From: Candidatus Chisholmbacteria bacterium
GTDB taxonomy: Bacteria > Patescibacteriota > Microgenomatia > UBA1400 > Chisholmbacteraceae
Assembly: GCA_963704905.1 (NCBI GenBank)
Contig: CAVPHZ010000002.1
Span: 203,011 to 267,010, forward strand
Direction: 5' to 3'
Length of the DNA: 64,000 nucleotides
The notes beneath the pieces were generated by a model, which saw only the letters and a list, made by a program, of their open reading frames with translations, was not told the DNA's origin and made no database searches. Positions 22,125 through 30,470 of this stretch are shown one piece after another. Position 1 is the first letter of the stretch, and every line of letters starts with the position of its first letter. Made by a program: the position numbers and the translations under genes.

Positions 22125-23396
22125 ATGGAACGAGAAACCTCGAGTCGCTATAACGAGCTCGCCCCAGTACTAAAAGCTACCCGCTATCCTGAACTCGAAG
22201 AAATAGGCATACCCTACCAAGAAACAGAAACGCGAAATATCGGCAGCATAACAATGGTAACTACAGGGCTTGGATACCTTGAAACAAATCAAGATTTAGC
22301 CGAGCAACTTCCACAAAGCCTTCTCGTTGAAAAAGGAATTCTCAGAGACGGAGTTCTACGGCCAGAAGTCATTACAAAACTTACAGGATTTGAATCTCGT
22401 ACCCAATTATACCGTTTAGGAATAAGTATTGAGCAGAGTTTAGACATTGTCCACGCTGGGGCAAAATCAGTAGCACGGCAAGCTCTCAAACAAGCAAAAT
22501 GGCAGTCTCAGGATGTGGATGTTCTAGTAACGCTTGGCAGTTATACTCGAAACAATTACGGATTTGACATCCTCAGTTCGTTAAACGCTAAAAATGCAGC
22601 GTTGCTCGAAGTGATCTGCGCCTGTCCTGCTCCTGCAATTGCGTTGAATATGCTTTCCCAGTTACATCAGCAGGAAAATAGAAATCTGCGAGTGTTAATC
22701 ACTGGAGCGGAAGTGTTCAGTCACATTAAAGAAGAAGATCGTCTTCTGTTTGCAGACCGAATGTTGGCAATCACGCTCACCTTAGGTGAGGACATTTCCA
22801 TCCTCTCCCCTTTAGTCTGGGGAGAAACAGTTCGTGAATACCCAGCAGAAAGCAAATATCTCAGCGTCGCCTCACCGCATTACAGTCTGGAAGGCTTCAC
22901 AACTAAGGGAGGTGTCATTCACCAAAAACAAGTCAATATCAATGGCCAGAATCACACGCAGTTAAGAAGCAGTCATTCTGATGAATATATCAATGACCCC
23001 GAAAATATTCGTTTGGTAATGATTGGCGATCAAGTTGCAAGATGGATGGCTACTGAAACACATAAACCGGTTGATTCAGCTTTAGCGTATACTGGTTTGC
23101 AATATTCAGATATCAAAATGATAGTTCCTCATGGAGCTAATGGGCGATTCGTGAGGATGCTTCGGCGCATGTTTTCAAGAGAAACAGGCTTAGATTCATC
23201 CGAAATTCCGCCGATCTATTTTGCTACCGAAGATGTTGGAAATTGTTCATCGCTAACTACGCTTCTCGCCCTAACAAGAGCGTTAGACGGATATCATCTC
23301 GATCCAGATAATAAACCTTCCTCTGGCGATAAACTGGTGTTAGTATCAATGGGCGGCGGGCTAGGGACTGCAGCCTCAGTAGTAAAAATTCTTTGA
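22125..23396 (+). CDS. Thiolase-fold condensing-enzyme-like protein (FabH / KAS III-like)
   Basis: Motifs at FabH-equivalent positions: active-site Cys context CACPAPAIALNML, VPHGANGRFV (cf. HQANxRI), GNCSSLTTLLAL (cf. GNTSAAS). Function uncertain. Confidence 0.5.
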   Translation: MERETSSRYNELAPVLKATRYPELEEIGIPYQETETRNIGSITMVTTGLGYLETNQDLAEQLPQSLLVEKGILRDGVLRPEVITKLTGFESRTQLYRLGISIEQSLDIVHAGAKSVARQALKQAKWQSQDVDVLVTLGSYTRNNYGFDILSSLNAKNAALLEVICACPAPAIALNMLSQLHQQENRNLRVLITGAEVFSHIKEEDRLLFADRMLAITLTLGEDISILSPLVWGETVREYPAESKYLSVASPHYSLEGFTTKGGVIHQKQVNINGQNHTQLRSSHSDEYINDPENIRLVMIGDQVARWMATETHKPVDSALAYTGLQYSDIKMIVPHGANGRFVRMLRRMFSRETGLDSSEIPPIYFATEDVGNCSSLTTLLALTRALDGYHLDPDNKPSSGDKLVLVSMGGGLGTAASVVKIL

Positions 23397-23457
23397 AAGT
23401 ATACCTGCCTTGTATTCAACATTGTGAAAATGTAGACTATGCCAGCAGTAAAGACCC

Positions 23458-24555
23458 ATGCCAAAAAGTAAGCATAAAACACAAAACAAAATACGGGTAG
23501 GAATTATTGGTATTGGGAACTGCTTCTCCGGGTTAATTCAAGGAATTGAGTTTTACCGCAAGAATCCAAAAAAAGAAGTCATAGGTCTGATGCATCAAAA
23601 AATCGGGGGATATGAAATTTATGACATCGAAGTAGTAACCGCGTTTGACGTTGCCAAAAACAAAGTAGGCAAACCGCTTCACCAAGCAATTTACGAAAAA
23701 CCAAATAAGGTAAATTGGATAAAACTTCCCAAAAACAAAACGATTGTGAGCGAAGCTCCCGCATTAGACGGTATCGGAATTTATGTCCAAAATCTCATCA
23801 AACCTCTGGATAACGCTCATCGCTCAGATGAGTTAAAAATAAACATAATGAAAGAAATTAAGCGGAGCAAAACAAACATATTAGTAAACTATCTTCCAGT
23901 CGGATCTGATCGGGCAACTCGATTTTGGGCAAATATTGCACTGGAAACCAACTGCGCTTTCGTAAACTGCATCCCATCATTTATTGCTTCAGATAAAATC
24001 TGGGAAAGGAAATTCAAACAGGCTAAACTCCCTGTCATAGGTGATGACATTAAGGGTCAAGTTGGTGCAACCATTGTTCATCGCACACTTGCAAAACTCA
24101 CAGCCGACCGGGGCGCAAAAGTCGATAGATCATATCAACTGAACGTTGGAGGCAATACAGATTTTCTCAATATGAAGGAGATGGAACGGTTGCAAAGTAA
24201 AAAAGTGAGTAAAACTGAAAGTGTGCAATCTCAATTCAAAGAACGTTTACCAGATAATGACATCTATGTAGGACCAAGTGATTTCATCCCCTTTTTAGGA
24301 AACACAAAGTTGTGCTTTATACGTATCGATGGGCGTTTGTTCGCAGACATTCCGTTTAATATAGAACTTCGACTAGACGTTGATGATAAGGCCAACAGTG
24401 CCGGAATTGTCATCGACTGCATTCGTTTTGCCCAGAAAGCGTTAATCGAGAATAAATCAGGATTCCAACAAATATCATGTTTTTATATGAAGCACCCTCT
24501 TTATCAGATGTCTGACTCAGAGGCTCGTGCTCTTGTGGAAAAAAACGTAAATTAA
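23458..24555 (+). CDS. myo-Inositol-1-phosphate synthase (archaeal-type short MIPS)
   Basis: N-terminal Rossmann IRVGIIGIGNCFSGLIQG and overall ~365-aa archaeal/bacterial MIPS architecture. Confidence 0.8.
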   Translation: MPKSKHKTQNKIRVGIIGIGNCFSGLIQGIEFYRKNPKKEVIGLMHQKIGGYEIYDIEVVTAFDVAKNKVGKPLHQAIYEKPNKVNWIKLPKNKTIVSEAPALDGIGIYVQNLIKPLDNAHRSDELKINIMKEIKRSKTNILVNYLPVGSDRATRFWANIALETNCAFVNCIPSFIASDKIWERKFKQAKLPVIGDDIKGQVGATIVHRTLAKLTADRGAKVDRSYQLNVGGNTDFLNMKEMERLQSKKVSKTESVQSQFKERLPDNDIYVGPSDFIPFLGNTKLCFIRIDGRLFADIPFNIELRLDVDDKANSAGIVIDCIRFAQKALIENKSGFQQISCFYMKHPLYQMSDSEARALVEKNVN

Positions 24556-24574
24556 AGACACTCTGGGGTATACC

Positions 24575-25198
24575 CTAATCCAAATCTTGTGAAAATGTCA
24601 CGAAGTTATGGATATATCGAATTGTAGTAAATTCACACTCAACGTTTGAGGAGAGAGGCTTTGGAAACGGACCGTAAACCGTCTCTTCTTCTCTAAAATG
24701 ATACTTCTTGAGCATAGTATTTCGAGTCCGAAATAGTGTTGAAATTACTGATCTCTGAGAATAAAAAAGTTCTATTGGAAAATCAAACACCCGTTTATAA
24801 AAGATTTTTCTCGGATGTTTTTGTGTTCGCTGCAAATATCCAGTCAAAAGGGGAGTCGTACCATGAAAGTGGTGCATGATCTTAAATTCAACTTCGTGTC
24901 CACGGTACGTTTCACCAAGTAATACACGATGGAGTCCCGAAGGCACATCTGATGTAGTGAGTAATATGAACGAAGGTTGTTTTCCCTCCCGTAAATCAAG
25001 TTTATAAATCATCTGCATGTCTGGAAAAAGAGTAAATTCGAACCGATCAATATCAAATATCCGTTCTTGATCAACATGTGGGATATTTTTCAGAGTCGCA
25101 AAACGTTCGAACAGGGGATAGTGGGTCTCTTTTTTCCTTCCATCTCCTTCAGTTTGATAATTCAAAAGAAATCGGACATGAACAGCAGATGGTCGCAT
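24575..25198 (-). CDS. Hypothetical protein (207 aa)
   Basis: ATG-initiated ORF adjacent to the MIPS gene; no recognisable motifs. Confidence 0.35.
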   Translation of the reverse strand: MRPSAVHVRFLLNYQTEGDGRKKETHYPLFERFATLKNIPHVDQERIFDIDRFEFTLFPDMQMIYKLDLREGKQPSFILLTTSDVPSGLHRVLLGETYRGHEVEFKIMHHFHGTTPLLTGYLQRTQKHPRKIFYKRVFDFPIELFYSQRSVISTLFRTRNTMLKKYHFREEETVYGPFPKPLSSNVECEFTTIRYIHNFVTFSQDLD

Positions 25199-25217
25199 AT
25201 ATTCAGTGTAATTACTT

Positions 25218-25649
25218 CTACTCAGATTTCAACTCGAATAACTCAAGACAGTTCATCAATAGTAATGCTCTGCTCTCAACGACTTGGTCCGCGGTGAATT
25301 GAGCGACATCAACATCCGCAATTGCATTGTTTACAGAATTTGTGCAAATCATTTGCTTTTCTTTATCATCAAACTCTTTAGGGTTACTAATAAACACATG
25401 CTTCCGATGATCATACTGTGAAATATCAATGGCAATCTCAGTACCATTGGCTTTATCCTGAACCAGTATTTTTCCAGAAGAAATTGCATTAGGATTCATT
25501 GTACGAAATCCTGCCTGAAATACTTCTCTCAAGGGATCTTTAAGCAAGAGCAATAGCAAAACAGCTGCTGAAACGAGAACTAATCCAACTGCGATCATGC
25601 TGATAATCAATGCTGGGGAGAGTGATCGCTTTTTACACCTGATGTTCAT
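25218..25649 (-). CDS. Hypothetical membrane-anchored protein (143 aa)
   Basis: N-terminal TM helix (LIISMIAVGLVLVSAAVLLLLLL) then soluble domain; ATG start. Confidence 0.4.
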   Translation of the reverse strand: MNIRCKKRSLSPALIISMIAVGLVLVSAAVLLLLLLKDPLREVFQAGFRTMNPNAISSGKILVQDKANGTEIAIDISQYDHRKHVFISNPKEFDDKEKQMICTNSVNNAIADVDVAQFTADQVVESRALLLMNCLELFELKSE

Positions 25650-26166
25650 ACACTATGTAATAAGTATAGCAAGGATTATATTCAGTAGAATTGATGTGAA
25701 ATTATTTGCTACAATAAATATGCCCGTCCTACTGCTCAGCTCTGGTAGAGCAATCTCCAAAGCTAAACAAGGACGGGCATTTGTTAGTCTTTATCAATGA
25801 GTCTATCAGCTTTGCATCATTACTAAAAATACAACAATGTACAACTGAATACAGATCTCCTGCTGTTAGGATACTTGAAAGCAATCTTGAAGTGACAACT
25901 AGACTATGTCTTTCCTCGTCCCATATTCTTATTTTTTCCCCACCGTTTCATCATGCCCTGATTTGCATTTTTGCCGAAGCGTTCTTTGCCATACTGATCC
26001 TTTGGCTTCGTTTCAACTTTTTTTCCTTGAAATTTAACTGGGTTATTTTTCATGCTGCAATTATACAACGATTTCTTTTCTTTAATTTACGGGTCACTTA
26101 ATCAACTCAATTTGAACCTATTTCGAACAATGTAATAAGAGGTGGGAGTGTATTTAAACAGGCCTA

Positions 26167-26619
26167 TTAGTCTTTCGTTGTAGTGTTCTCAGCTTCCTTT
26201 TCGCTCGTTTTCATTTTTTCAATATTTTTATTTTCAGGAACAGCCTTTTCTACCACTTTCTTTATTTTAGTTTTCTTTGAATGAGGTTTTTTTTGAACAA
26301 TCGACTCAATCAGTGTAAGGATTCTCTCAAGTTTTACATTTAGAGAGCTTACTTGCTCGAGTAATTGTTTGTTTGTATTGTCTCTTTGTTCAAAGCCAGA
26401 TCTTCCAGACCTTCTTGAACTCCCTCCATCCTTTCCTTCAAAACAGTCATTACAAAATATTGGCTTATCTCCACTTGGTCGAAAAGGAACTTCACAGTCT
26501 TTTCCGCACTTATCACATACAGCCTTGTGCATTTCCCTACGCCCAGAGCCACTCCTGCGAAAATCTCCTCCTCCAAACCCTCCACCGCGGGATCTATTGT
26601 TTCGATTGTAATTACTCAT
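26167..26619 (-). CDS. RGG/FGG-rich zinc-ribbon protein (C-x2-C-x15-C-x2-C)
   Basis: N-terminal NRSRGGGFGGGDFRRSGSGRR low-complexity region, CDKCGK...CNDC zinc ribbon, Lys-rich coiled-coil tail; GAAAGGAAATT RBS before the ATG. Confidence 0.5.
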   Translation of the reverse strand: MSNYNRNNRSRGGGFGGGDFRRSGSGRREMHKAVCDKCGKDCEVPFRPSGDKPIFCNDCFEGKDGGSSRRSGRSGFEQRDNTNKQLLEQVSSLNVKLERILTLIESIVQKKPHSKKTKIKKVVEKAVPENKNIEKMKTSEKEAENTTTKD

Positions 26620-26718
26620 AATTTCCTTTCTTTCTCAATTATACTCCCTAATGTTATTCGACCTATTTTAAATAATAGTAAATTGCTACTCGTTATGTAG
26701 TAGATCTATTTCTGATCT

Positions 26719-26794
26719 TGGGGTGGCTGACGGGATTTGAACCCGCAACATTCGCCTCCACAGGGCGATGCTCTACCATTGAGCTACAGCCACC
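26719..26794 (-). tRNA. tRNA-His (anticodon GTG), with extra 5' G-1 and encoded CCA
   Basis: Manual fold: G-1 GTGGCTG acceptor, D arm GCTC/GAGC, anticodon stem TCGCC/GGCGA with loop CTGTGGA, T arm GCGGG-TTCAAAT-CCCGT, discriminator C then CCA. Confidence 0.85.
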
Positions 26795-26799
26795 ATAAG

Positions 26800-27672
26800 C
26801 TATGACGAGTCAGACTCTCGTTCCCGAGAAGCGTCAAAGATAACACCCTCTTCCGCTCCAGAGCCTTGCTCTTCCAAATCAATCGCTTTCGCTGTTTCTT
26901 CTTCCGTTATTTCCTGATTCCCAGCCTTCATTGGTTCAGCATGTTCACTATGCATACCCTCACGCTGATTATCTCCCATCTGCACATCTGTTTCAGAGAT
27001 AACGGGTAGAATGTTATCGGTTTTCCAAATTCTTGCCTCTATTGTATCAATAATTAACCGATAAATCCGTCTTCCTTTTGAAAATCCAATCCGACTTATC
27101 GCGATAAAAAGGCGGAATACAAGTTGAAACGCCCAGAAAACCAGAAAAAACATTTGCCCGATCAAAGATCTTTTCGTTCCCTTTTGTCGCTTCTCGGTAG
27201 AAATCATCCAATCTGAAACACTTTCCTTATTATTATTTCGAGGATATTGATGTCGATGGTGTAAATCAATTGGTTTTTCTTGCTTGAGTTGATCAAGATT
27301 AGGCTCAAGCGTTCGATCAATATATTGTTTCTTAATCATGCTTTCCGTCAGTGGAAGTGCGCGATAGACAGGTTCTCCTGTTGTTGATCCATCCTTCTCA
27401 TCTTTATCTTGATGTAGTTGCGGTACGCTTTCCCGGCGTAACTGATCTTCAGCCTCATTCCCCTCAACATGACTCCTGGGTTCAAAGTGACCTGGTTTCG
27501 ACACTGCCCCCGGGGCAATTTGGTGCATCATTTCTTTCCCGATAGAAGTAACCGCATGGCTAAGAGCGCCAAAAGTATCTTCAGCAATATCACCAAATGC
27601 GCCGATTCTGAAGCTAATTCCTCGGGATCTTTTTGATTTGTTTTCTTCAGTAGGAGTGTTATCGTCAGACAT
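26800..27672 (-). CDS. Hypothetical acidic protein with a central transmembrane segment (290 aa)
   Basis: ATG start; Glu/Asp-rich termini; hydrophobic stretch LIGQMFFLVFWAFQLVFRLFIAISRIGF; no recognisable domain. Confidence 0.4.
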   Translation of the reverse strand: MSDDNTPTEENKSKRSRGISFRIGAFGDIAEDTFGALSHAVTSIGKEMMHQIAPGAVSKPGHFEPRSHVEGNEAEDQLRRESVPQLHQDKDEKDGSTTGEPVYRALPLTESMIKKQYIDRTLEPNLDQLKQEKPIDLHHRHQYPRNNNKESVSDWMISTEKRQKGTKRSLIGQMFFLVFWAFQLVFRLFIAISRIGFSKGRRIYRLIIDTIEARIWKTDNILPVISETDVQMGDNQREGMHSEHAEPMKAGNQEITEEETAKAIDLEEQGSGAEEGVIFDASRERESDSS

Positions 27673-27972
27673 TTGAGTTACTTGTCTGAAAATTTGTCAG
27701 TATCCTCAACCGCTCCTACAAGATTTGCCTCATCTGGGGGAATATCTCGGCGTGCTTTTTCATCCTTTTCCATCTCCTCAGCCAGGCTAAATGGCTTTCC
27801 AGGAGCAGGTTTATTTCCGATAACATCTTCCAAATTATCACTCCACATTATCATCAGATGATGTTGATGGCGTACTTCCGCTTACGGAATGTTCTCCTTC
27901 CTCAGCGGGAGTCATAATGTCTTCATCATCTTGATTAAGATCATTTTGATCTGTCATGCATCTCCCTTCTAG

Positions 27973-28152
27973 CTAACCCTTAGCTTTTGTTTCTTCCTGA
28001 CTTGCTTCGTCAAGAATAGCATAGTATGCATCCCAAAGTTCCTTGGCCACTTTATGATAACCTTTTCTGGTTGCCTGCTGGGCCTGCCACTTTATATCAT
28101 TGGCCAACTTTCTATCATAATACGCATCTTGCGAAGGATCATCATATCCCAT
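27973..28152 (-). CDS. Small hypothetical protein (59 aa; below ORF-track cutoff)
   Basis: ATG with AAAGGAAC RBS 5 nt upstream and a TATAAT box further upstream; peptide MGYDDPSQDAYYDRKLANDIKWQAQQATRKGYHKVAKELWDAYYAILDEASQEETKAKG. Confidence 0.3.
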   Translation of the reverse strand: MGYDDPSQDAYYDRKLANDIKWQAQQATRKGYHKVAKELWDAYYAILDEASQEETKAKG

Positions 28153-28289
28153 ATGTTCCTTTTTATTATACTGAATACTTAAATAAGTACATGTTTATAT
28201 TGTAAAATTTGTCATCAATATCTAGTGTTTACACTAAATATTTCTGCAGAGCAAATGAGAAACTGTGTTTATCAAAAATATTACAGTGC

Positions 28290-28362
28290 ACCCCCGGGAG
28301 GATTCGAACCTCCGACCTACTGCTTAGAAGGCAGTTGCTCTAATCCACTGAGCTACGGGGGC
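28290..28362 (-). tRNA. tRNA-Arg (anticodon TCT)
   Basis: Manual fold: acceptor GCCCCCG, D arm GCTC-AGTGGATTA-GAGC, anticodon stem ACTGC/GCAGT with loop CTTCTAA, T arm GGAGG-TTCGAAT-CCTCC. Confidence 0.85.
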
Positions 28363-28382
28363 TCATCAAATGAGCTATTTTG

Positions 28383-28455
28383 AGCGGGAGACGGGATTCG
28401 AACCCGCGACCTTCTCCTTGGAAGGGAGACGCTCTACCAACTGAGCTACTCCCGC
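28383..28455 (-). tRNA. tRNA-Gly (anticodon TCC)
   Basis: Manual fold: acceptor GCGGGAG/CTCCCGC, D arm GCTC-AGTTGGTA-GAGC, anticodon stem TCTCC/GGAGA with loop CTTCCAA, T arm GCGGG-TTCGAAT-CCCGT. Confidence 0.9.
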
Positions 28456-28485
28456 GAATGTCAATGAGTGGGAGTATAGCGAAGT

Positions 28486-28548
28486 TGGTTCTACCAACTG
28501 TTTACGCTGTAAAAAGTATTTTTACAGTGAGCTACTCCCGCGAAACAA
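28486..28548 (-). pseudogene. Rearranged tRNA-Gly 5' fragments (nt 1-14 fused to a CUGUAAAA trailer plus 21-nt hairpin, followed by nt 14-24)
   Basis: Minus-strand reading TTCGCGGGAGTAGCTCA|CTGTAAAAATACTTTTTACAG|CGTAAA|CAGTTGGTAGAACCAAC duplicates the first 14 nt and nt 14-24 of the adjacent tRNA-Gly(TCC), separated by a 9-bp hairpin. Confidence 0.4.
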
Positions 28549-28656
28549 TACAATATCTTATCATCTCTTAAAAAGAATCGGACATCCGATATCCAACTTC
28601 GAAATCTCATATTGTACGGGATTAACCTATCCAGTAATTGAGATCCGTTTATATTG

Positions 28657-28728
28657 TCGGGGCGGAAGGAATTGAACCTACTACCTCTCGGTCCCAAACC
28701 GAGCGTTCTACCGATGAACTACGCCCCG
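28657..28728 (-). tRNA. tRNA-Pro (anticodon TGG)
   Basis: Manual fold: C1-G72 acceptor (CGGGGCG), anticodon stem CTCGG/CCGAG with loop TTTGGGA, T arm GTAGG?-TTCAATT. Confidence 0.8.
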
Positions 28729-28852
28729 TAAAATACTATCTAAATGAACAAATCAATCACTCTGCCTACTACTCCAAACACTGTTATATGTGTTTATACC
28801 GTAAATCTCTAGAGAAACGTAGTTTTCTCTCATATTATCAAGAATTTTACAG

Positions 28853-28936
28853 TGCCGAGGGAGGGACTCGAACCCACACGGTGTTGCCACCACGAGATTT
28901 TAAGTCTCGCGCGTCTACCGATTCCGCCACCTCGGC
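28853..28936 (-). tRNA. tRNA-Leu (anticodon TAA), long variable arm
   Basis: Manual fold: acceptor GCCGAGG, D arm with GGCGGAATCGGTAGACGC, anticodon loop CTTAAAA, long variable arm, T arm GTGGG-TTCGAGT-CCCTC. Confidence 0.9.
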
Positions 28937-29019
28937 AGGGTAGTAGCTATTGTATCAAACTAATTTTAGTAAGGAAAAGTTTCTCCGAACCATAGTACAA
29001 TACAAAATTGATATAAATT

Positions 29020-29697
29020 ATGATACCGATTCGAGACCATAACCCATCTGGCCGCACTCCTTTTTTCACCTACGCATTGATATCAATCAACAGCTTGATC
29101 TTTCTCTTCATGATCACACTCTCCGAGCCAAGTTTAGAACAATTTGTTGATCAATTCGCTCTTATACCGGCAATGATCACCAATGGCCAGAATTTCTTTA
29201 CCCTAATTACGTCTATGTTTCTCCATGGCGGAATTGGTCATATTGTAGGAAATATGTTGTTTCTCAATATTTTCGGTGACAATCTGGAAAACGTATTAGG
29301 TCACGTCAAATTTCTACTCTATTACCTTATGGCAGGGCTGGCAGGTTCCTTGCTTCAGATAGTCTCCGATCCGACTTCAACAATCCCGAATCTTGGTGCT
29401 TCAGGTGCTATCGCTGGAATAATGGGGGGATACCTCTTGCTGTATCCTCGCCATAAAATCGACGTTCTGTTCTCATTCGGCCTATTTCTCCAAAAAGTTA
29501 CCCTTCCTGCCTACACTATGCTTTTTTACTGGTTTATAGCTCAACTATTTTCTGGAGTAGGGGAGTTAGCTTTTTCATTTACTGAAGGTGTGGCGTATTT
29601 CGCCCACGTAGGAGGTTTCTTAGCTGGTTATCTGACTCTATTGCCAATTAAAAACCGTCTAATTAAAGATAAGCCGAGATTTCTGGGATATTTTTAG
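29020..29697 (+). CDS. Rhomboid family intramembrane serine protease
   Basis: Multiple TM helices, catalytic GASGAIAGIMGGY (GxSG) motif and downstream His in FAHVGGFLAGY. Confidence 0.85.
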   Translation: MIPIRDHNPSGRTPFFTYALISINSLIFLFMITLSEPSLEQFVDQFALIPAMITNGQNFFTLITSMFLHGGIGHIVGNMLFLNIFGDNLENVLGHVKFLLYYLMAGLAGSLLQIVSDPTSTIPNLGASGAIAGIMGGYLLLYPRHKIDVLFSFGLFLQKVTLPAYTMLFYWFIAQLFSGVGELAFSFTEGVAYFAHVGGFLAGYLTLLPIKNRLIKDKPRFLGYF

Positions 29698-30344
29698 GTA
29701 CCTAGTGTGGCAATCGCTCTCTTCCCGCAAACTGGCCAAGCTCCTACTCCATCTTGAGAAATTTTAAATGCCGCTGTTTTAATTGACTCATCGGCTTGGA
29801 ATCGAAGCTCAGGGTTATGTGGAAGACCCATGGCTTTTCGGTTCGAAACCCATGTTCCCCGGGAAAATTGATACATACCCCCATATGGCCCATTTATCGC
29901 CTGGGGCCGGGAACCAGATTCACAATGGGCAATGGTCTTGAGGACATCTTTTGGTACGCTATATTCCTGTGAATACATGTCAAAGAGCGGTTCAAGAGGC
30001 ACTCCTGTTTCCGTCGTGTTAACTTGAACTTCTACTGTATCTGTTACCTCTTCAGTATCAGTAGTAGTCATTTCTATTCCCTCTGGCAGTTCTTCAATGA
30101 TTTCTCCTACAGTATCTCCTCGCTGAAAGCTTCGCATCATCATCACTTGTGTTTCAGAAACCTGTTGAAAATCTCTTGTTCGTGCCAAAAAATCAGCCTC
30201 TTCCACAGCCACAGTCATCGCTGCCTGAGGAGTAATTTTTTCTCGTTCAATAATAGTAGTTGATCGTTTTACGTTCAAAAAGGTAAGCACAGGAAAACTA
30301 GCCAACAGCATACCTAGAAAGAACGGTTTTGTTTGAATGCGCAT
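29694..30344 (-). CDS. Secreted protein with C-terminal Rpf-like transglycosylase domain
   Basis: N-terminal signal/TM, acidic Thr-rich linker, C-terminal IAHCESGSRPQAINGPYGGMYQFSRGTW resembling the resuscitation-promoting-factor transglycosylase-like fold. Confidence 0.55.
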   Translation of the reverse strand: MRIQTKPFFLGMLLASFPVLTFLNVKRSTTIIEREKITPQAAMTVAVEEADFLARTRDFQQVSETQVMMMRSFQRGDTVGEIIEELPEGIEMTTTDTEEVTDTVEVQVNTTETGVPLEPLFDMYSQEYSVPKDVLKTIAHCESGSRPQAINGPYGGMYQFSRGTWVSNRKAMGLPHNPELRFQADESIKTAAFKISQDGVGAWPVCGKRAIATLGT

Positions 30345-30470
30345 AAGTAAAAAAAGACCCGCAGGTCTTTGAGTTGTTGCATTATAGGATATTGTGAAAA
30401 AAAGTCAAGTCAGGGCTACTAGGATGATGCCATCGTGGATTTTCAGATGAGCATCTAGAAGGATTACAGC

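Noticed and set aside
25597-26101. Two plus-strand ORFs (67 and 106 aa) in the AT-rich spacer between minus-strand genes.
   Set aside because: Low-complexity hydrophobic translations typical of AT-rich non-coding DNA, with no RBS, and they overlap the long inverted repeat. Treated as non-coding.
28290-28362. A first-pass reading of the tRNA at 28290-28362 suggested anticodon CTA (an amber-suppressor tRNA).
   Set aside because: Re-parsing the cloverleaf (D stem GCTC/GAGC, anticodon stem ACTGC/GCAGT) puts the 7-nt loop as CTTCTAA, so the anticodon is TCT (ordinary tRNA-Arg).
28638-28943. ORF-track ORF of 101 aa spanning 28638-28943 (+).
   Set aside because: It is entirely composed of the antisense of tRNA-Pro and tRNA-Leu plus spacer, with no RBS, so it is spurious.
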